From: Antedon mediterranea
Lineage: Eukaryota; Animalia; Echinodermata
Direction: 5' to 3'
Length of the DNA: 64,000 nt
NCBI RefSeq assembly: GCF_964355755.1
Contig: NC_092677.1
Span: 2,564,101-2,628,100, forward strand
Below, in pieces: positions 14,601 to 28,444 of the stretch. Each line of letters starts with the position of its first letter. Position 1 is the first letter of the stretch. The notes under the pieces were generated by a model. The model had not been told where the DNA came from, searched no databases, and was given only the letters and a program-made list of their open reading frames with translations. Both the position numbers and the translations under genes were made by a program.

Positions 14601-17600
14601 CAGTACTAGACAAACATACAGGGGATACCTCAATATATCAGGTTGTTGTTCTATGTGTAACAAGTCTACGACAACACAGTACTAGCATACAGGGGATACC
14701 TCAATATATCAGGTTGTTGTTCTATGTGTAACAAGTCTACAACAACACAGTACTAGACAAACATACAGGGGATACCTCAATATATCAGGTTGTTGTTCTA
14801 TGTGTAACAAGTCTACAACAACACAGTACTAGCATACAGGGGATACCTCAATATATCAGGTTGTTGTTCTATGTGTAACAAGTCTACGACAACACAGTAC
14901 TAGCATACAGGGGATACCTCATTTCAGAGGATACCATAATTCAATGGACACCCTAATTTAATGGACACCCTAATTTAGAAGACACCCAAATTCGGGAGAA
15001 CTTTCCAGTGAAATTAACGCTCCGAACAACATTTATTCAGGGGATATGACTATCACATTTGAAAAGGTGTCCACATAATAGGTGTTTGTCTGTATTACAA
15101 ATATCAATTGTAAGAATACACTAACTAAATTCTATTACATTAAATAATGGTAGTGTACTTATCATTGAATATTACTTCTATTGCATTGTTTTATCCAATA
15201 GAATGGGTTGTAATAATACTATTACATTGTATTCAATAGAATGGATTGTATTGTAATAATACTATTGCATTGTATTCAATAGAATTGATTGTTGTACATC
15301 ACTTCCTTACTGATGACAAGGCCAAGGTGGTTGAAAGCAATCCAAGGTTGATATCATTATCAATAGTACATAAAAGGGAAGTCATATACCTACAATACAA
15401 CAGCCACTTATATACAGTTTAGCCTAGCTATATGATATATGATAGCAGGATACAGTAGTGAGTGTAATAATCTGTTTATATGTATATGTATTACAATAAG
15501 GCATTGATGTTCTGGCGTCAATATGCATGATTTTGTAAATCACTCACTAAGATTTGTTTAAACTACACCATCCTAGACAAATATTCCAACATATGGAACT
15601 AAAAAGAAATCTGAAAAATATTAGAAATAGAAAATAAATTTCTAAAAACTAAATTACAGTATTTCAGTTAAAAATTAATTTTAAACGTTGACTACAGTAC
15701 TTCAATACAAAAAAGAAATATGAAAAAAAAAACCTGAAAAAATTTGTTTAGCTACAATACAATAAGGGAATGTATACTAGTGTAGTTTCATATAAAAAAA
15801 TTGTTTATTTAGGCTTCATGATTTTTGATATTCTTTTCATATTTTATTAGTTCCTTGTTTATATTATTAGCCAAACAGACAAACAGTAGACAATCCACCA
15901 GTGGTTGGCACGGCAGTGAACAGTAACAAAATAATCTGAATTAAAATATAAATTATTGATTATATATACAGTTATAATGCGTAAAAATTATTCATAACGG
16001 AGGATATGATATCTGATCTAATGACCTTGGGAAACCAAGTGGACTAAATTAAACAATACAATATTACAAATCCCAGGTGAATACAGTAATCTACACTACA
16101 ATACCAATAATTGCATACAAATCATTGTTGGAACACTGTGTATCTTATATTTCAACAAGTGGCAGACATTTTAAGGTGGTCCCTGGTTAGTGATGGGGTT
16201 TGATCTGGTTTAAGGTAGTGATGGGATTTGATTTGGTTTAAAGTGGTGATGAGGTTTGATTTGGTTTAAGGTAGTGATGGGGTTTGATTTGGTTTAAAGT
16301 GGTGATGGGGTTTGATTTGGTTTAAGGTAGTGATGGGGTTTGATTTGGTTTAAAGTGGTGATGGGGTTTAAGGTGGTGGTAGGGTTTGATCTGGTTTAAA
16401 GTGCTCCCTGGTTAGTGATGGTGTTTGATCTGATTTAAGGTAGTGATAGGGTTTGATTTGGTTTGAAGTGGTGATGGGGTTTGATCTGGTTTGAGGTGCT
16501 CCCTGGTTAGTGATGGTGGTTTGATCTGGTTTAAGGTGGTGATGGCGTTTGATCTGGTTTAAGGTGCTCCCTAGTTAGTGATGGTGGTTTGATCTGGTTT
16601 AAGGTGGTGATGGGTTTGATCTAGTTTAAGGTGCTTCCTGGTTAGTGATGGTGGTTTGATCTGGTTTAAGGTGCTCCCTGGTTAGTGATGGTGATTTGAT
16701 CTGGTTTAAGGTGCTCCCTAGTTAGTGATGGTGGTTTGATCTGGTTTAAGGTGGTGATGGGTTTGATCTGGTTTAAGGTGCTTCCTGGTTAGTGATGGTG
16801 GTTTGATCTGGTTTAAGGTGCTCCCTGGTTAGTTATTGTGATTTGATCTGGTTTAAGGTGCTCCCTGGTTAGTGATGGTGGTTTGATCTGGTTTAAGGTA
16901 GTGATTTGATCTGGTTTAAGGTGCTCCCTGGTAAGTGATGGTGGTTTGATCTGGTTTAAGGTGGTGATTTGATCTGGTTTAAGGTGCTCCCTGGTTAGTG
17001 ATGGTGGTTTGATCTGGTTTAAGGTGCTCCCTGGTAAGCGATGGTGGTTTGATCTGGTTTAAGGTGGTCCCTGGTTAGTGATGGGATTTGATCTGGTTTA
17101 AGGTTTGATTTTATGTTTGATTTGGTTTTGAGGGACTATTTTAGCAAACTTGGGTCATTTTTATACCTACTGTGTATACTACTGTACATATAAACAAATT
17201 TGATATTCATGTATTAACTAACTGGTGGTTATACTCCTGTACCATATTGGTAGCTAATATTGGTTTATAAATGGTAGCTAATATTGGTTTATAATTGGTA
17301 GTTAATATTGGTCTATAAATGGTAGCTAATATTGGTTTAGAAATGGTATCTACTTCAACATTATACATAAATTGACAGCCTTGGTTTTATTTGTGCCTAC
17401 TGTGTATACATTTAGTGTAAACAGATAACATGTTTATGTGATGAATAACAGAGACTAATTGTGCTGTACAGTACTATAAAGCAGAATGTAAGGTACTAAC
17501 TATTGGTGGTAGGGCATACTTATGACCTTTAGCCTCTACCATATGTGCACTGAATGATAAAATGTATATAGACGAGAGAAAGCTGACAGATGATGTCTGT

Positions 17601-20600
17601 ATCAACAGTTAAACCAATCAAATAATTACTTATTTGGTTTCAATCAACATTACACTAACCAAGCTGCTGGATTTTTTTTTTTTGGTTGGGGGGGGGGGGG
17701 GGGGGAAGATACTGTAGAGGACTGATAATCATTCGAAGCAAACATACTGATGGAAAATAGTATATTTAACTTAATAAATAGTTGCAGCTCAGGTTGAAAC
17801 ATGGTATACAAATTGGAACTAGATTTGAGGTCACAATCAAATGTATCCTAAAGCTTCAGTCCCACTATCGTTTATTTCTGCTGTCTTCCAAGGGGACAAT
17901 GTATTTAAGGTTCTAAATACCAGACTCGGAGCAGAATATAAAAAGATCATTTTTATGTTGGATCGATGTTAGGTGGTTGTCTTCAAAGGTATTCATGAAA
18001 GAATATTTGAAATATTTATTTTGACATTCTATTGTACTGTACGTCCTCAAATTACACTAGTAAAATGGAATGATTTATACATAAACACGAGGGAGCCATC
18101 TTTATCTATGCTTGTCATAAGTGACATATTTTTATTACCAGTCAATGCTGTAATTCAAAATGTCACAGAATTTACAGCCCCATCACATAAAGCTGTGTCT
18201 ACAGTATTAAACTAGTTTGACAAAAAAAGTGTGATGTGCCCAAATATAGTAGTGATGTGCCCAAATATGGTAGTGGTACAGACATCATCCTGTCCATATA
18301 TAGGCACATCACATTTTTTTGTCACATAAAGTTTGATAGTGTAGACAAGGCGTAAGGCTTTGGTATACTAACTAAGGGGCTAGATTTATGCAGAAAAAAA
18401 TTAGGCAGTTTGGACAGAGAAATAATAAGCGTCATTTGGTAGACTAGAAAGATGTGGAGGTTTGGTAAGGGAGAGTTTTTGATAATTTGAAAAAATATTT
18501 CTTCAATAAAATGTTTTAAAGTAATTAAAATACCACGGCAACTTAAGGTAAAAAGGACTTCAAGAAAACATGCCTGAATGTAAAGTAGTGTAATAGTGAC
18601 CTAAACATTCCAAGACAATCTAACCAGACTGCTGTTAGGGGTCAACAAATTGAGTCAAAGTTCAACAGATATGTCAATATTGACATCATTCAAGACAGTA
18701 AATCACAAAACAGTCACAAATATTTTGCCACAAAGCTCATACCTGAAATGTCTGACACAGATATTAGATAATAGTGTGGAATATTGGTAAATTGTAAGTA
18801 TGGAATGTTAGTGTACTTTAGCTACTGATTACTAGGATAATTTATTCATAAAGACAGTTGAAGATCTAACAAGAAAGAAAGAAGATAAGGAGGGTGATGA
18901 CTGCTGAAAACCATCATGAAATAAAATAGTTTGATATTTTGGCAGAATCAAACAATGAATAACAAAGAAACTAAAGTCAACTGAAGTAAAGTTATTAGAT
19001 AACTGAAGGGAAATGTTTACCATCCAAACAATGTACAGAGGTTAAAGGTTAAAGGTTCAAGGTTCAAGGTTATTCTCTGCCATGGTTCGAGTGGAAACAC
19101 TGTACAATTAAGAGTAAAACTGGGAGGTAAAGAACGGTGCATCTTTTGGAAGAGTTGGGGTGTACTGGTCTATCTTATCCCTTGTCATAGTCAAACGAAA
19201 GAGCGTCGTTTTTTAATGGCAGCTGTACGACATGAACATTGTTGTACTGTACATTGTACACACCTGTGTGTACTTTAGCCCAGTTAGGCTGCACGACACA
19301 CAGGTTATTTCCACACATTTTATTTAAGATAAACGTAAACATGGTCCAATGACGTTTCTTTAACACATTTACAAGGTAGTGACCATTACTGGACTTCAAC
19401 TTAGTACAATCTTGTGATCAGTTAGCATCCACATGTCAATCTAAAGTCCTAATTATGATGTATTATACCTTACCGACAGTTTAAATTTGATAACACAGAG
19501 ACTAAATATTAATATAATAACACAGTTGGATAGGATTTAACTGTCACTAACAAGTGATGATGTTTAGTTTATTGGATTATATTTAAACAGATCGTCATCA
19601 ATCAAGTAAACTACACCTAATGAGCTAATCCATCATCAATTAATTAGTATCTTGTGTTTTATCACAAAATTCTTAGTTTTATCTGCAATTATATGTTCTA
19701 AGAAAGATTTTATTGATAGTACATTAGTTAAAGTGATTGTAACTGAGAGAATGTTGTAAGTAACATTCATCATTAATGTACTGTAGTTTACAAGCCAATA
19801 CTTTGTAATGAACTTTGACCTCATGTTGCGATAAGTAAGCACATTGACAGAGTTATCAACTGATCTAGAACCATTCAGAAAAAAAAAGTAGTGGCAGTGT
19901 AGATTAATGTTCGACATCTTGCTTGAATTGGGAGGGAATTGGGTTCGAATCCCAACTATGACATAGAAGCAGAATATTTACAGAACAAAATAAAGTTCCA
20001 TCATTACTGGACTTTAGAAAGCATGTGTTTGTTTTCCATACTGTAATTGAAAATTAAAAAAAAACTTTTTTTTGCTGCTAAACATTGCTCCATGAAAACG
20101 TTTTTTTTAAACAGTATTTATCTGAAGAATTAATTGAGGTTTTTAAAACTATTTAAAATCAGTTCTTTTATTCGGACCAAAGAAATTGCTATTCTTTAAA
20201 ATGCAATATTTAAATCGGTATTCTCCCAAGAGTTAAGGCTATCTGTTGTTGTGTATAAAACAAACAAAAAAACTGCCAGCTGCCATTTTGTCTGGCTAAA
20301 ACTCCAGATGACCTACAGTAAGTGTGTTCCCATGTCTAGGTTCAGATCCCAATGGTAAAATTAAGTCAATGAAATGATGCGTGTAACAGTAAAATACAGA
20401 AAAAATTAATTTAATTTTTATTTTCAGATTGTGACATAATTCTCCAGACAATTTGTTAATACTTTTATTTGACCTTTGACCAAGTTTATTTATTAATCAT
20501 GATTGGAGTTTGGTTGCTATACTGTACATTAGCTCAGTCACATGGTGATACATCACAGTATTGATGGACAGGGTAAAGCTCTGTCTACATAAACTTTATG

Positions 20601-21784
20601 ATGACAAAAATGTGATGATCATATTAAATGCATGTTATAAGCAACTGGTTTTGTTTACCTACCTTTATTATTCTATCTCCTTGACGCACACCTGATTTGT
20701 ATGCAGCACCATCTATGAATAAAATAAAATATTAAGAATGTTTTAAAATACTTTACATTTACAATTGAGGAACATTTCAATGTTAAGCAATGTGTCTTAA
20801 GAGGTTTTACTGCTGTGAGGGAGTGGCTACTGTGAGGGATTGGCTGCAGTAGGGTGTGGCTGCATTGAGGGAGTTGCTACTGTGAGCGAGCGAGTGGCTG
20901 TAATAGGGGAGTGGCTGCAGTAGATAGTGTCTAGAAGTAGAAGTGTTTAGTTTTAAACAATTGATTGATGGATTGTTTCAATTTTTATTTCTGTAAAGGC
21001 CAATCATTTCTTCTTTAAAAAAATGAAAATAAAATTTGTCATTTCTAATTTAAATTAAGATAATATATGAGTTTTGATTAGTGATAGTTAACAAGAAGTA
21101 CTTAATGAATTCTATGAATACTCTACTCTTTAGATGGATGAGTCATACATCACATCAGAGTATAACAATTAATGTCTTAACAATATCCAACACCTAATAA
21201 ATTGTCAAGCCCTCTAGATGTTTGCAATAGACAAAGTGTAAACAAATCCCCATAATTAAGATGTATAGATAAACATACACACAGGGAGACATTGAGCACA
21301 TTATTACACTCGGATTCAATTTCTGTACAAAATGACAGTAGGTAAATTGGAGATGAATGCTTGAAAAATATTTTTTGGTATATAAAATAAAAAGGCAGTC
21401 TTACGAGTACTTGGTCAAAGTCCAGAACAATCAATTGAGAGATAATTATTACATTAGGCATATTCGACTAGTTGCTTATGAGCTCTTCAAACTGGTAAAA
21501 AAAGATATACTCGCACTGCTCATATACTGTAAAAACAGTGAGGAATTCAAGGACCTACAGATCCCCTTAACGCACATGGATATGCCTAGTGTTATATTGA
21601 TGTCAAAGATGGGGCTGCTTTTATGATTATTTTCGCTGATTAGCAATCTATATAACTGAGCATGCTCAGTTTAACTTACATTCTTTAACATTTTGCACAA
21701 ACACGGGATTGTCACCGCTAACTGTCAGTCCGTAGCCTCTTTCATCCTTTTGAACAATCACAGACCGCTGGATCAGCTGACCAC
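2626..21784 (-). CDS. ARHGEF12: PDZ-RhoGEF/LARG family Rho guanine exchange factor (ARHGEF11/12, RhoGEF2-like), N-terminal part. Exons 21680-21784, 20663-20712, 11352-11409, 10836-10963, 9049-9129, 2626-2760. The gene continues beyond the left edge.
   Basis: All six exons have AG/GT boundaries and matching phases. The spliced peptide GQLIQRSVIVQKDERGYGLTVSGDNPVFVQNVKE-YGAAYKSGVRQGDRIIK-VNGTLVTQSNHMEVVNMIK-AGSFVSLTLLGRPPGS matches the PDZ domain of LARG/PDZ-RhoGEF as I recall it. It is followed by the coiled coil MRKMLDQEKELYEKTQTEYTRNPTEKLQKDL...LEHQLAKLTG, as in LARG. The start codon was not located. Confidence 0.9.
3290..4262. repeat. G-rich degenerate satellite (AAGGTAGAGGGG/AAGGTTAAGGGG units, about 20 bp, with higher-order repeats)
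   Basis: Directly visible purine-rich tandem array inside a RhoGEF intron. Confidence 0.93.
8848..8994. mobile_element. MITE family A copy (TIR AGCTCTGTCTACACTATCAAACT)
   Basis: About 150 bp with inverted ends and ttaa on both sides. Related copies occur at 18191, 20577, 25550, 38790 and 39383. Confidence 0.8.
9241..9492. mobile_element. MITE family B (TACAGTAGAAC...GTTCTACTGTA) with a nested CAGTGGC-ended MITE at 9309-9463
   Basis: Outer inverted termini. Inner CAGTGGC...GCCACTG termini are flanked by an imperfect 8-bp duplication, ggtgtccc/agtatccc (hAT-like). Confidence 0.65.
11095..11285. repeat. Degenerate ~19-bp minisatellite (GTTATGTTGAGATGGAAGT)
   Basis: Visible tandem units in the intron between two PDZ exons. 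Confidence 0.8.
14050..14921. repeat. 71/76-bp tandem array, about 12 near-identical copies
   Basis: Unit is tacaggggatacctcaatatatcaggttgttgttctatgtgtaacaagtctacaacaacacagtactagca. The period 14101 to 14172 is 71 bp, with length variants containing gacaaac. Confidence 0.97.
16170..17106. repeat. GT-rich minisatellite (GGTTTGATCTGGTTTAAGGTGCTCCCTGGTTAGTGATGGT and shorter variants)
   Basis: Directly visible tandem array. Confidence 0.95.
17244..17350. repeat. 25-bp tandem repeat (TGGTAGCTAATATTGGTTTATAAAT), about 4 copies
   Basis: Directly visible. Confidence 0.85.
18191..18352. mobile_element. MITE family A copy
   Basis: agctgtgtctacagtattaaact...agtttgatagtgtagacaagg inverted ends, with the shared gtgatgtgcccaaatat core. 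Confidence 0.8.
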
Positions 21785-23384
21785 CTATGACAATAAGATC
21801 ACAAGGTAAAGATAAAAAAAGGTCTTGATCACAATTATTGTCAAGACCTCAAACAGGTTGTGTTAGATTGTTTGCACTTTCGGACTTTAAATTACCATAC
21901 TATTATTTTTGTTTCACTTACCGAATGGGTCATTAATGTAAGGCTCCATGGAGATGGCCCTTTTTGTAACTCTTCTGATTTAGCCTACATGTATAACAAT
22001 CCTTTGCACCTACAAACAAAATATGAAAGCAAAATTAATTTCTATCAAATTACTGCATATTTATTATTATTATTAATGCAGTGCAGTTTTTGGTTATAGA
22101 TAGATTTTAGGATCTTAATGGTTATTTAAATACAATACAGTAGGTAAAAACAGTTTTACTATCTGGGCACAAAATTTGCCGGATCAGAAAAATATATAAT
22201 TAGAAACCAGTTTACAACATAAATAAAAAGATATAATCACACTTGGGACCTGAAAAATTATTAATTAATTATTATTAAAAAGTTATTTGTAACCAAAAAT
22301 ATAGATTGACTTAACAATAATAAATGCAATCAAAATAAATTTAAGGTATTAAAGAAAAGAAATTGCAGTATTAAGCATTATTTGTATACAGTATTATTAT
22401 CAACAATAGAAGGTTCAACAGCAAATCATTTTTGTCAAGTGACAATAATAACGATAACGTTACCGGTTTTAGTATCATATTCAATTCCCTACAGACATAT
22501 TTCACTACTGTAGTCATCAAGTCAAATACTCCGCAATTATAGCCTTCACAAAAGGTGTTCAATATCTCATTTAAACATTATAATTATACTGTAGCCGTCA
22601 ATTGTCACAGAACAGCTTATGCTCAAAGCTGTGTCAATATCCATAATGTGTATGAGATACTTTCTTCTTTCTATTCATAGCATTCTATTTACTGATAAGG
22701 CAATGATGCAGTCTATTTCGTGCCTGCTAACCTGGATGAACCGACACACTAGCCCTCTCTCTCCGAAGAGAGGATACAATTACGCAAAGAAAATTAGTTT
22801 AGCATCCCTATCGGATAATGGTTGCATCCAAAACGATGCCCTCAGGAGGGAGCCATCCAGCGTAGTAGCGTCATCATTTCTTTTCCTGCCTCTCCAGAGG
22901 GAGGGCTTAGATACAATAAATAAAAAGTTCCCAGAACACCCATACTGCACCATAATGGACTAGTCCGTAACCACGCCCTCATGTGCAAACGTCTCAACAT
23001 ACCACCGTCTTCATTTTGCTACTTAACTGTGGAACGGTGGGAGGGTTGTTTATCCAGGTAAGCAGCAGTCATAGACTACTAACACCACTATTGGTTTACG
23101 GAGTTTAAACTACCAATTGGTGTAATAAATGTGTAAATGGTCCTTTTATGGAGACACCGGAACTTCAGGATTTATATAATGTATCTTTATACTGTTTGTT
23201 TATATGATGGTCGAATTTATTTTGTCAAAAATATGGAAGGCAATCTTTAAAATGCTTGATTGAATATTATACTATTTTCATCCTAAATGTCCATCCCCTT
23301 TATATAATGGACGATTCCACGGTTATTTTCTGCGCATACATTTTCGCGACTTCGTTGTACGTTTTTGTGTTTGTCTTTTGTTGT

Positions 23385-23512
23385 CCTTTTCTTCAAGTAC
23401 GTTGTACGTTTCTGCGAGTACATTGTATGTTTCTGCGAGTACGTTGTACGTTTCTGTGAGTATGTTGTATGTTTCTGCGAGTACGTTGTACTTTCTGCGA
23501 GTACGTTGTATA
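23385..23512. repeat. 21-bp tandem repeat (GAGTACGTTGTACGTTTCTGC), about 6 copies
   Basis: Directly visible. It explains the overlapping repetitive ORFs at 23256-23647. Confidence 0.9.
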
Positions 23513-25549
23513 TTTCATCGAATATATTGTATGTTTGTAATTGTATTTTTTGCGGTGTTTGCCTTCCATAAAAAAACAAAAATTTGTTTAATATCTTGCA
23601 CTATACAATACATGTTATCATATAGATATGATATAATATCACTATGATGTTATCCATTATTAATTTTGTTAACACTACTCAGATAAATACAGTAATATCT
23701 TTTGAACACCTGTACCTCATTAGCATACTATACACCTGTTTAAATCAAACATCAAAGGATGAGCTATAATTGAATACGTCATGTATCTCCACTCTTTCCA
23801 TAATTACATTCAAGTTGTGTTTGTTTTAATCAATGTCAATTAATGTTTGATGTATCATGTCTTACTATTAAAAAAGGATTTATTCTTTAATATAAAATTT
23901 GTTTCGTGAATCAAAAGTAGAAAATCATTTGTAATATGTCAAAATATTTTAATTGATATTGACGTTTATCTACAATCTTGTCATAATCATAATTGCTATG
24001 TTATCTCTTTATCAGACAGTGGTAATAGAATGTTCCATCATTCATGTGAATACTGTATAATATTATCTTACAGTTACACACTGCAGTGATTCAGTTTTGG
24101 ATAATGTGTTTCTGATGTGTAAATATTGCTCATGTTCACCAATTATTTATATCACAAACTAACAATTAAACTTCACACAAATAAAAACGGTCCTTGTTGG
24201 ACATGTTTCTGGTATTAATGTCTCATTTTTATAATACTTTACAAAAATACAATTTATATTGTAGCAAAAAATACAGTACAATATTAGGATAAATATTTGG
24301 TTGTAAAACATACTGTCATTAAAATTGGTGTTGGTCTTCACTGAGTCTATGTACAGTCAGGGAAAAATTTCATTTAAAAATTTTGTTTTGCAATATTGCT
24401 AATCAAACTGATTTTTAAGTCGAGAAACATAGTTTTATATTGTATTTTTTGCTACACAATTTTAAAAATGTGTAGCAATAAGGTTGTTTTGTATAGCTTT
24501 TTGCAATGCTACACTGGCGAAAATGTTCCCCGACAGTACTGTACACAACACTTTACAGTGGAACTCACTCACAGAAAATGAGTAATTCATTAACTTGAAG
24601 CCGATAGAATATTAATTATATAGAATAATAAATGATATTGTAATATCAGACTTTTTAATTACAAAAACAAATAATGCAATTACTGTTGGTAATTACTTGA
24701 ATATCATAACACTTAACAGATCAGATATCAACATGGCGGTGAAAAGTGGATTTTATTAATATTAATTCCATGAATGCCGGATGAGGCATATAAACTACTG
24801 TGTTAACTTAAGCATGTACAGTACGTTAAGCATGTACGCTAAGCGTACGTTAACTAGGTTGTGTTGCGGTCAGCGACACCAGCTTAAAATAATAAACGTT
24901 TTGTAAACAATCGTTGATGCGTATCTAAACCTATACAGCTTTCCTTTTCAATGATCATGTTCATTATCAATTATTCTTTGTTATTTACTCTCTATTGTCT
25001 TTTCATTCATAAGATGCTAATCACACATTTGTTGTTGCTTGTAAATATTTCAGTTTTTTTTTTACACCATAAGGTAATTAAAAACTGACATACAACAACC
25101 GATGACATCATCAATAAACATAAATTGAATATATTATTCTTGGTATAAAATAGGTCATTATATAATTAACTTCATTAAATCCATTTGCCTAAATCTTTTT
25201 AAAACGTAACTGACCGGTATTGATGACTTGAAATTACTCAACATGCTTAAGGCTATGTTAAAACCAAGTACAGCATATACTGTACTGTACAGTAGTATTA
25301 TGAACCGTGATAGTACGGCAAAGTATAAACCGCAAAGAAAAGAACACAGGAAAACGCTTATGGTTACAGTTACAAGTTTAATTCTTCGGGACACTACTTG
25401 TTAGCATCATGCTGTACAATAGGAGACATTTTGATTAGATACAATCCTGAATTATGTACGCTAAAACTCATTTTCCGCTAATTAATACTAAGATGTGTCA
25501 TACGCTAGTGACTGTACAGACACACAATTTGTAATGTGTTGAATTCTAA

Positions 25550-25695
25550 AGCTATGTTTACACTATCAATCAAACTTTACTGTATGTGACAACAAAAATG
25601 TGATGTGTCCATATGGACATGATGATGTCATATCACTACCATTTGGGCACATCATACTTTTTTAGTAAAACTAGTTTGATAGTGTAGACAGAGCT
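25550..25695. mobile_element. MITE family A copy
   Basis: agctatgtttacactatcaa...agtttgatagtgtagacagagct inverted ends. Confidence 0.8.
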
Positions 25696-28444
25696 TAAAA
25701 TGCCTTCGATGACCAATTACCTAGTGACATGATATTGTAAACAATCCAGTTCTATGAAATATAATATTTGCAACACTTACAAACTATCAACCATGACTAT
25801 AAACACATACTGTACTTAGTGTTTCAATATGGTAAACATTAACGTTCTAAGCACCAGGTTAGGTGCTAACAATATCAGCAGTTTAGTTTATCATTGTTTA
25901 GTTACCATAAACAAAATGTATTATGTTCAACAAATAGATGTTAAGTACAGTGTTAAAAATTATAATGTTCTTACATGTCTTGAAAAGAAATGATACCGTA
26001 GTTGGTTTTTGTGGGAATGCTCCCACTTGATGGCATGGTGAACCATGTGTGGAGAGGGGTTTTCCATTTATTTTCTACTTTTAGTTATATCTCAAGAAGA
26101 ATAGGCTATTGTTGTTTTATCCAGGTAAGCTAGGCACGAAATAGACACTATAAATAATAATAGGCAACAGTAATATTGTGTAAATATTATGTTAAATTAG
26201 TTTGGATGACTGGGTAAAGTCAATCACAATTTATGCATCTCCAAACCTATGCCTTTCCATTGTACTTGTTTTCTGATCCATATTATGGGTTCAATGGGGT
26301 TTGCTATGGGGTTTTTTAGGTTTATGGGGTTTTCTGGGTTTTTTTTGGTTTGCTTGTTATGTTTAGGTTTGCAGGGTTTGCATTTAGCAATAAATTATTA
26401 AAGCAGACGCCAGTGAAATATGGTACTATGTACAATATCAATGAATGTAAAAAAGATGCAAAAAGAAACAAGTCCAGGTGTTATCAAAACACAGTATGAT
26501 CTTATTTTCGTTGGTGATATCCAATTCAGCCTATTCTATATTCAATCTGGCTAGCTTTCAACGCCTTACTCACCATCTATTTATAAATCCATTAACACCA
26601 TCTATTTTAATTTGTCTGTATAAACACACCTGTACTAAAGATTAACCCTGTCTTCTTCTACAATTTCAAAACTAACAAAATTGTAATAAGTGCTAAATAT
26701 ATTCTAACAATCAACTGCAGAATAATAATTTAAAGTAAAAAGACACAAATTGTCATTTACTCAGCAAAGATGATTTTCTGGATAATGTGCATCTAATTAC
26801 TACACTGTACACACCTTCCCATAGGGGTGCGTAGGGGTCATATGATAATAATAATATCAAATCCTTCAAGTCTATAAAAGGGGTTACTCTACTGTATGTA
26901 AAAAGTAAAATAGAATTACCAATTTCTCCATTCCACAAATCAATTTTTTTTTAAGGTAGGACTTTACTTGACCTATGAACCCACTACTATACTATAAGTT
27001 ATAACAAAATCCCAGTATTTCCCAACTCCTTGACCTTACAATTCAAGGACATAACCAAGGTAACAATTGACACAATCACTTCCTTTATTTTATAGATCTG
27101 TCAAATCATGGAAGAGATATACTCCAACATGCATTACTGCACTAAAAACTAATCAAATTACTTTAATAAACCAATTTTATATACTATAATTATATAATCA
27201 CAAAAGATATGACATCATAGTAATTAATTTCACCATTTTTAGAAAACCCTCGTCCTCATCCTCCAGAATTTCAGTTTCTTGGGAGACTCCATTGATGAAA
27301 TACTGTAGGCCTAGACTGACAATTACTGTATAGTAAAGATGGATACCATTACCAAACATTCTGCTACCATCGGACCTCTATCCAGTAGCCTACAATTAAT
27401 TCCAGTCTACTATTTTTGTATTACTATACAGAACTTTCTGAATACTTACAGCAGTACAGTACAGACTTATATGTCATGCATTTTAATAAACTATTTATTT
27501 TAAGCAAATAACATTTTTATAAATTACGGTTAGAAGTTTTGATAATGGATTAAATGCCAAGCAATACTGTACACTTCAGAAAAATAAATGACAATGTAGA
27601 ACATTGAATAAATATATTGGATTAAAATAATAATACTCAACACTGTTTCTATTTCTTTCATACTGAATAGCAATTACACTATAGAAAGGGAAATTAAAAA
27701 AGATCAACAAGTTAGAATAAAAACACTTCATTCATTGCTTTGGAATTCCAAAAATGTGGCTAGCCAACCAGGGATTCTCTGTTTTTTTTATGTGCATTGA
27801 TTGCTCTGGTCTTTTCAATCTATTCAAAGTATTCAACTCAAATTAGAAAAGAGGAAGGAACTTGAGATATCCCTCTAAACACACCAAAGCACTGCTACTA
27901 CTACAGAGGTTAAAGGTCAGAGTGAAATGTTTATTTTACCACAATTTGGTTTTGATGTCTGAATTTTCATATTTATCTACAGTACTCTGTACTGTATGAG
28001 GCCAACAACGTAGTCTACAAAGTGAACAACGTAGCCTACTATGTTCTACATGAAGCCAGTTCATAGGAAAAGCTGCAGTATTTTCTTTCTGTACACTGTC
28101 CTGTACAATAAACCTCTGTCAAATTTATTTTTTTTATTTATTTATTCAATTTCTGCCATAAACATAAGAAGACAAAACAATTATAAAAGGAGGCACGGAA
28201 AGACCAAACAGGTGCTAAACACCTATGCTAGTTGGTCAACCCAGAACAGAGAAAAATAAATAAATTACGTTCTACAATAAAAGCATCGACAAGAAAGCGA
28301 CCAACTACACACATTTTCAATATCAAAATTATTTAAAAAATAAATATTGAGATAATTAAATAAATGATAAATTAGATTAATATCCACGGCTTTCAACATT
28401 TAGTAAGACTTACTGTAACTATTTAGAGTACTACTACCAGTTTA

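Noticed and set aside
14050-14921. CRISPR-like regular array
   Set aside because: Units are wholly repeated with no unique spacers, there are no cas genes, and the context is eukaryotic.
23256-23647. Overlapping ORFs with periodic Cys/Tyr
   Set aside because: They are products of a 21-bp tandem repeat.
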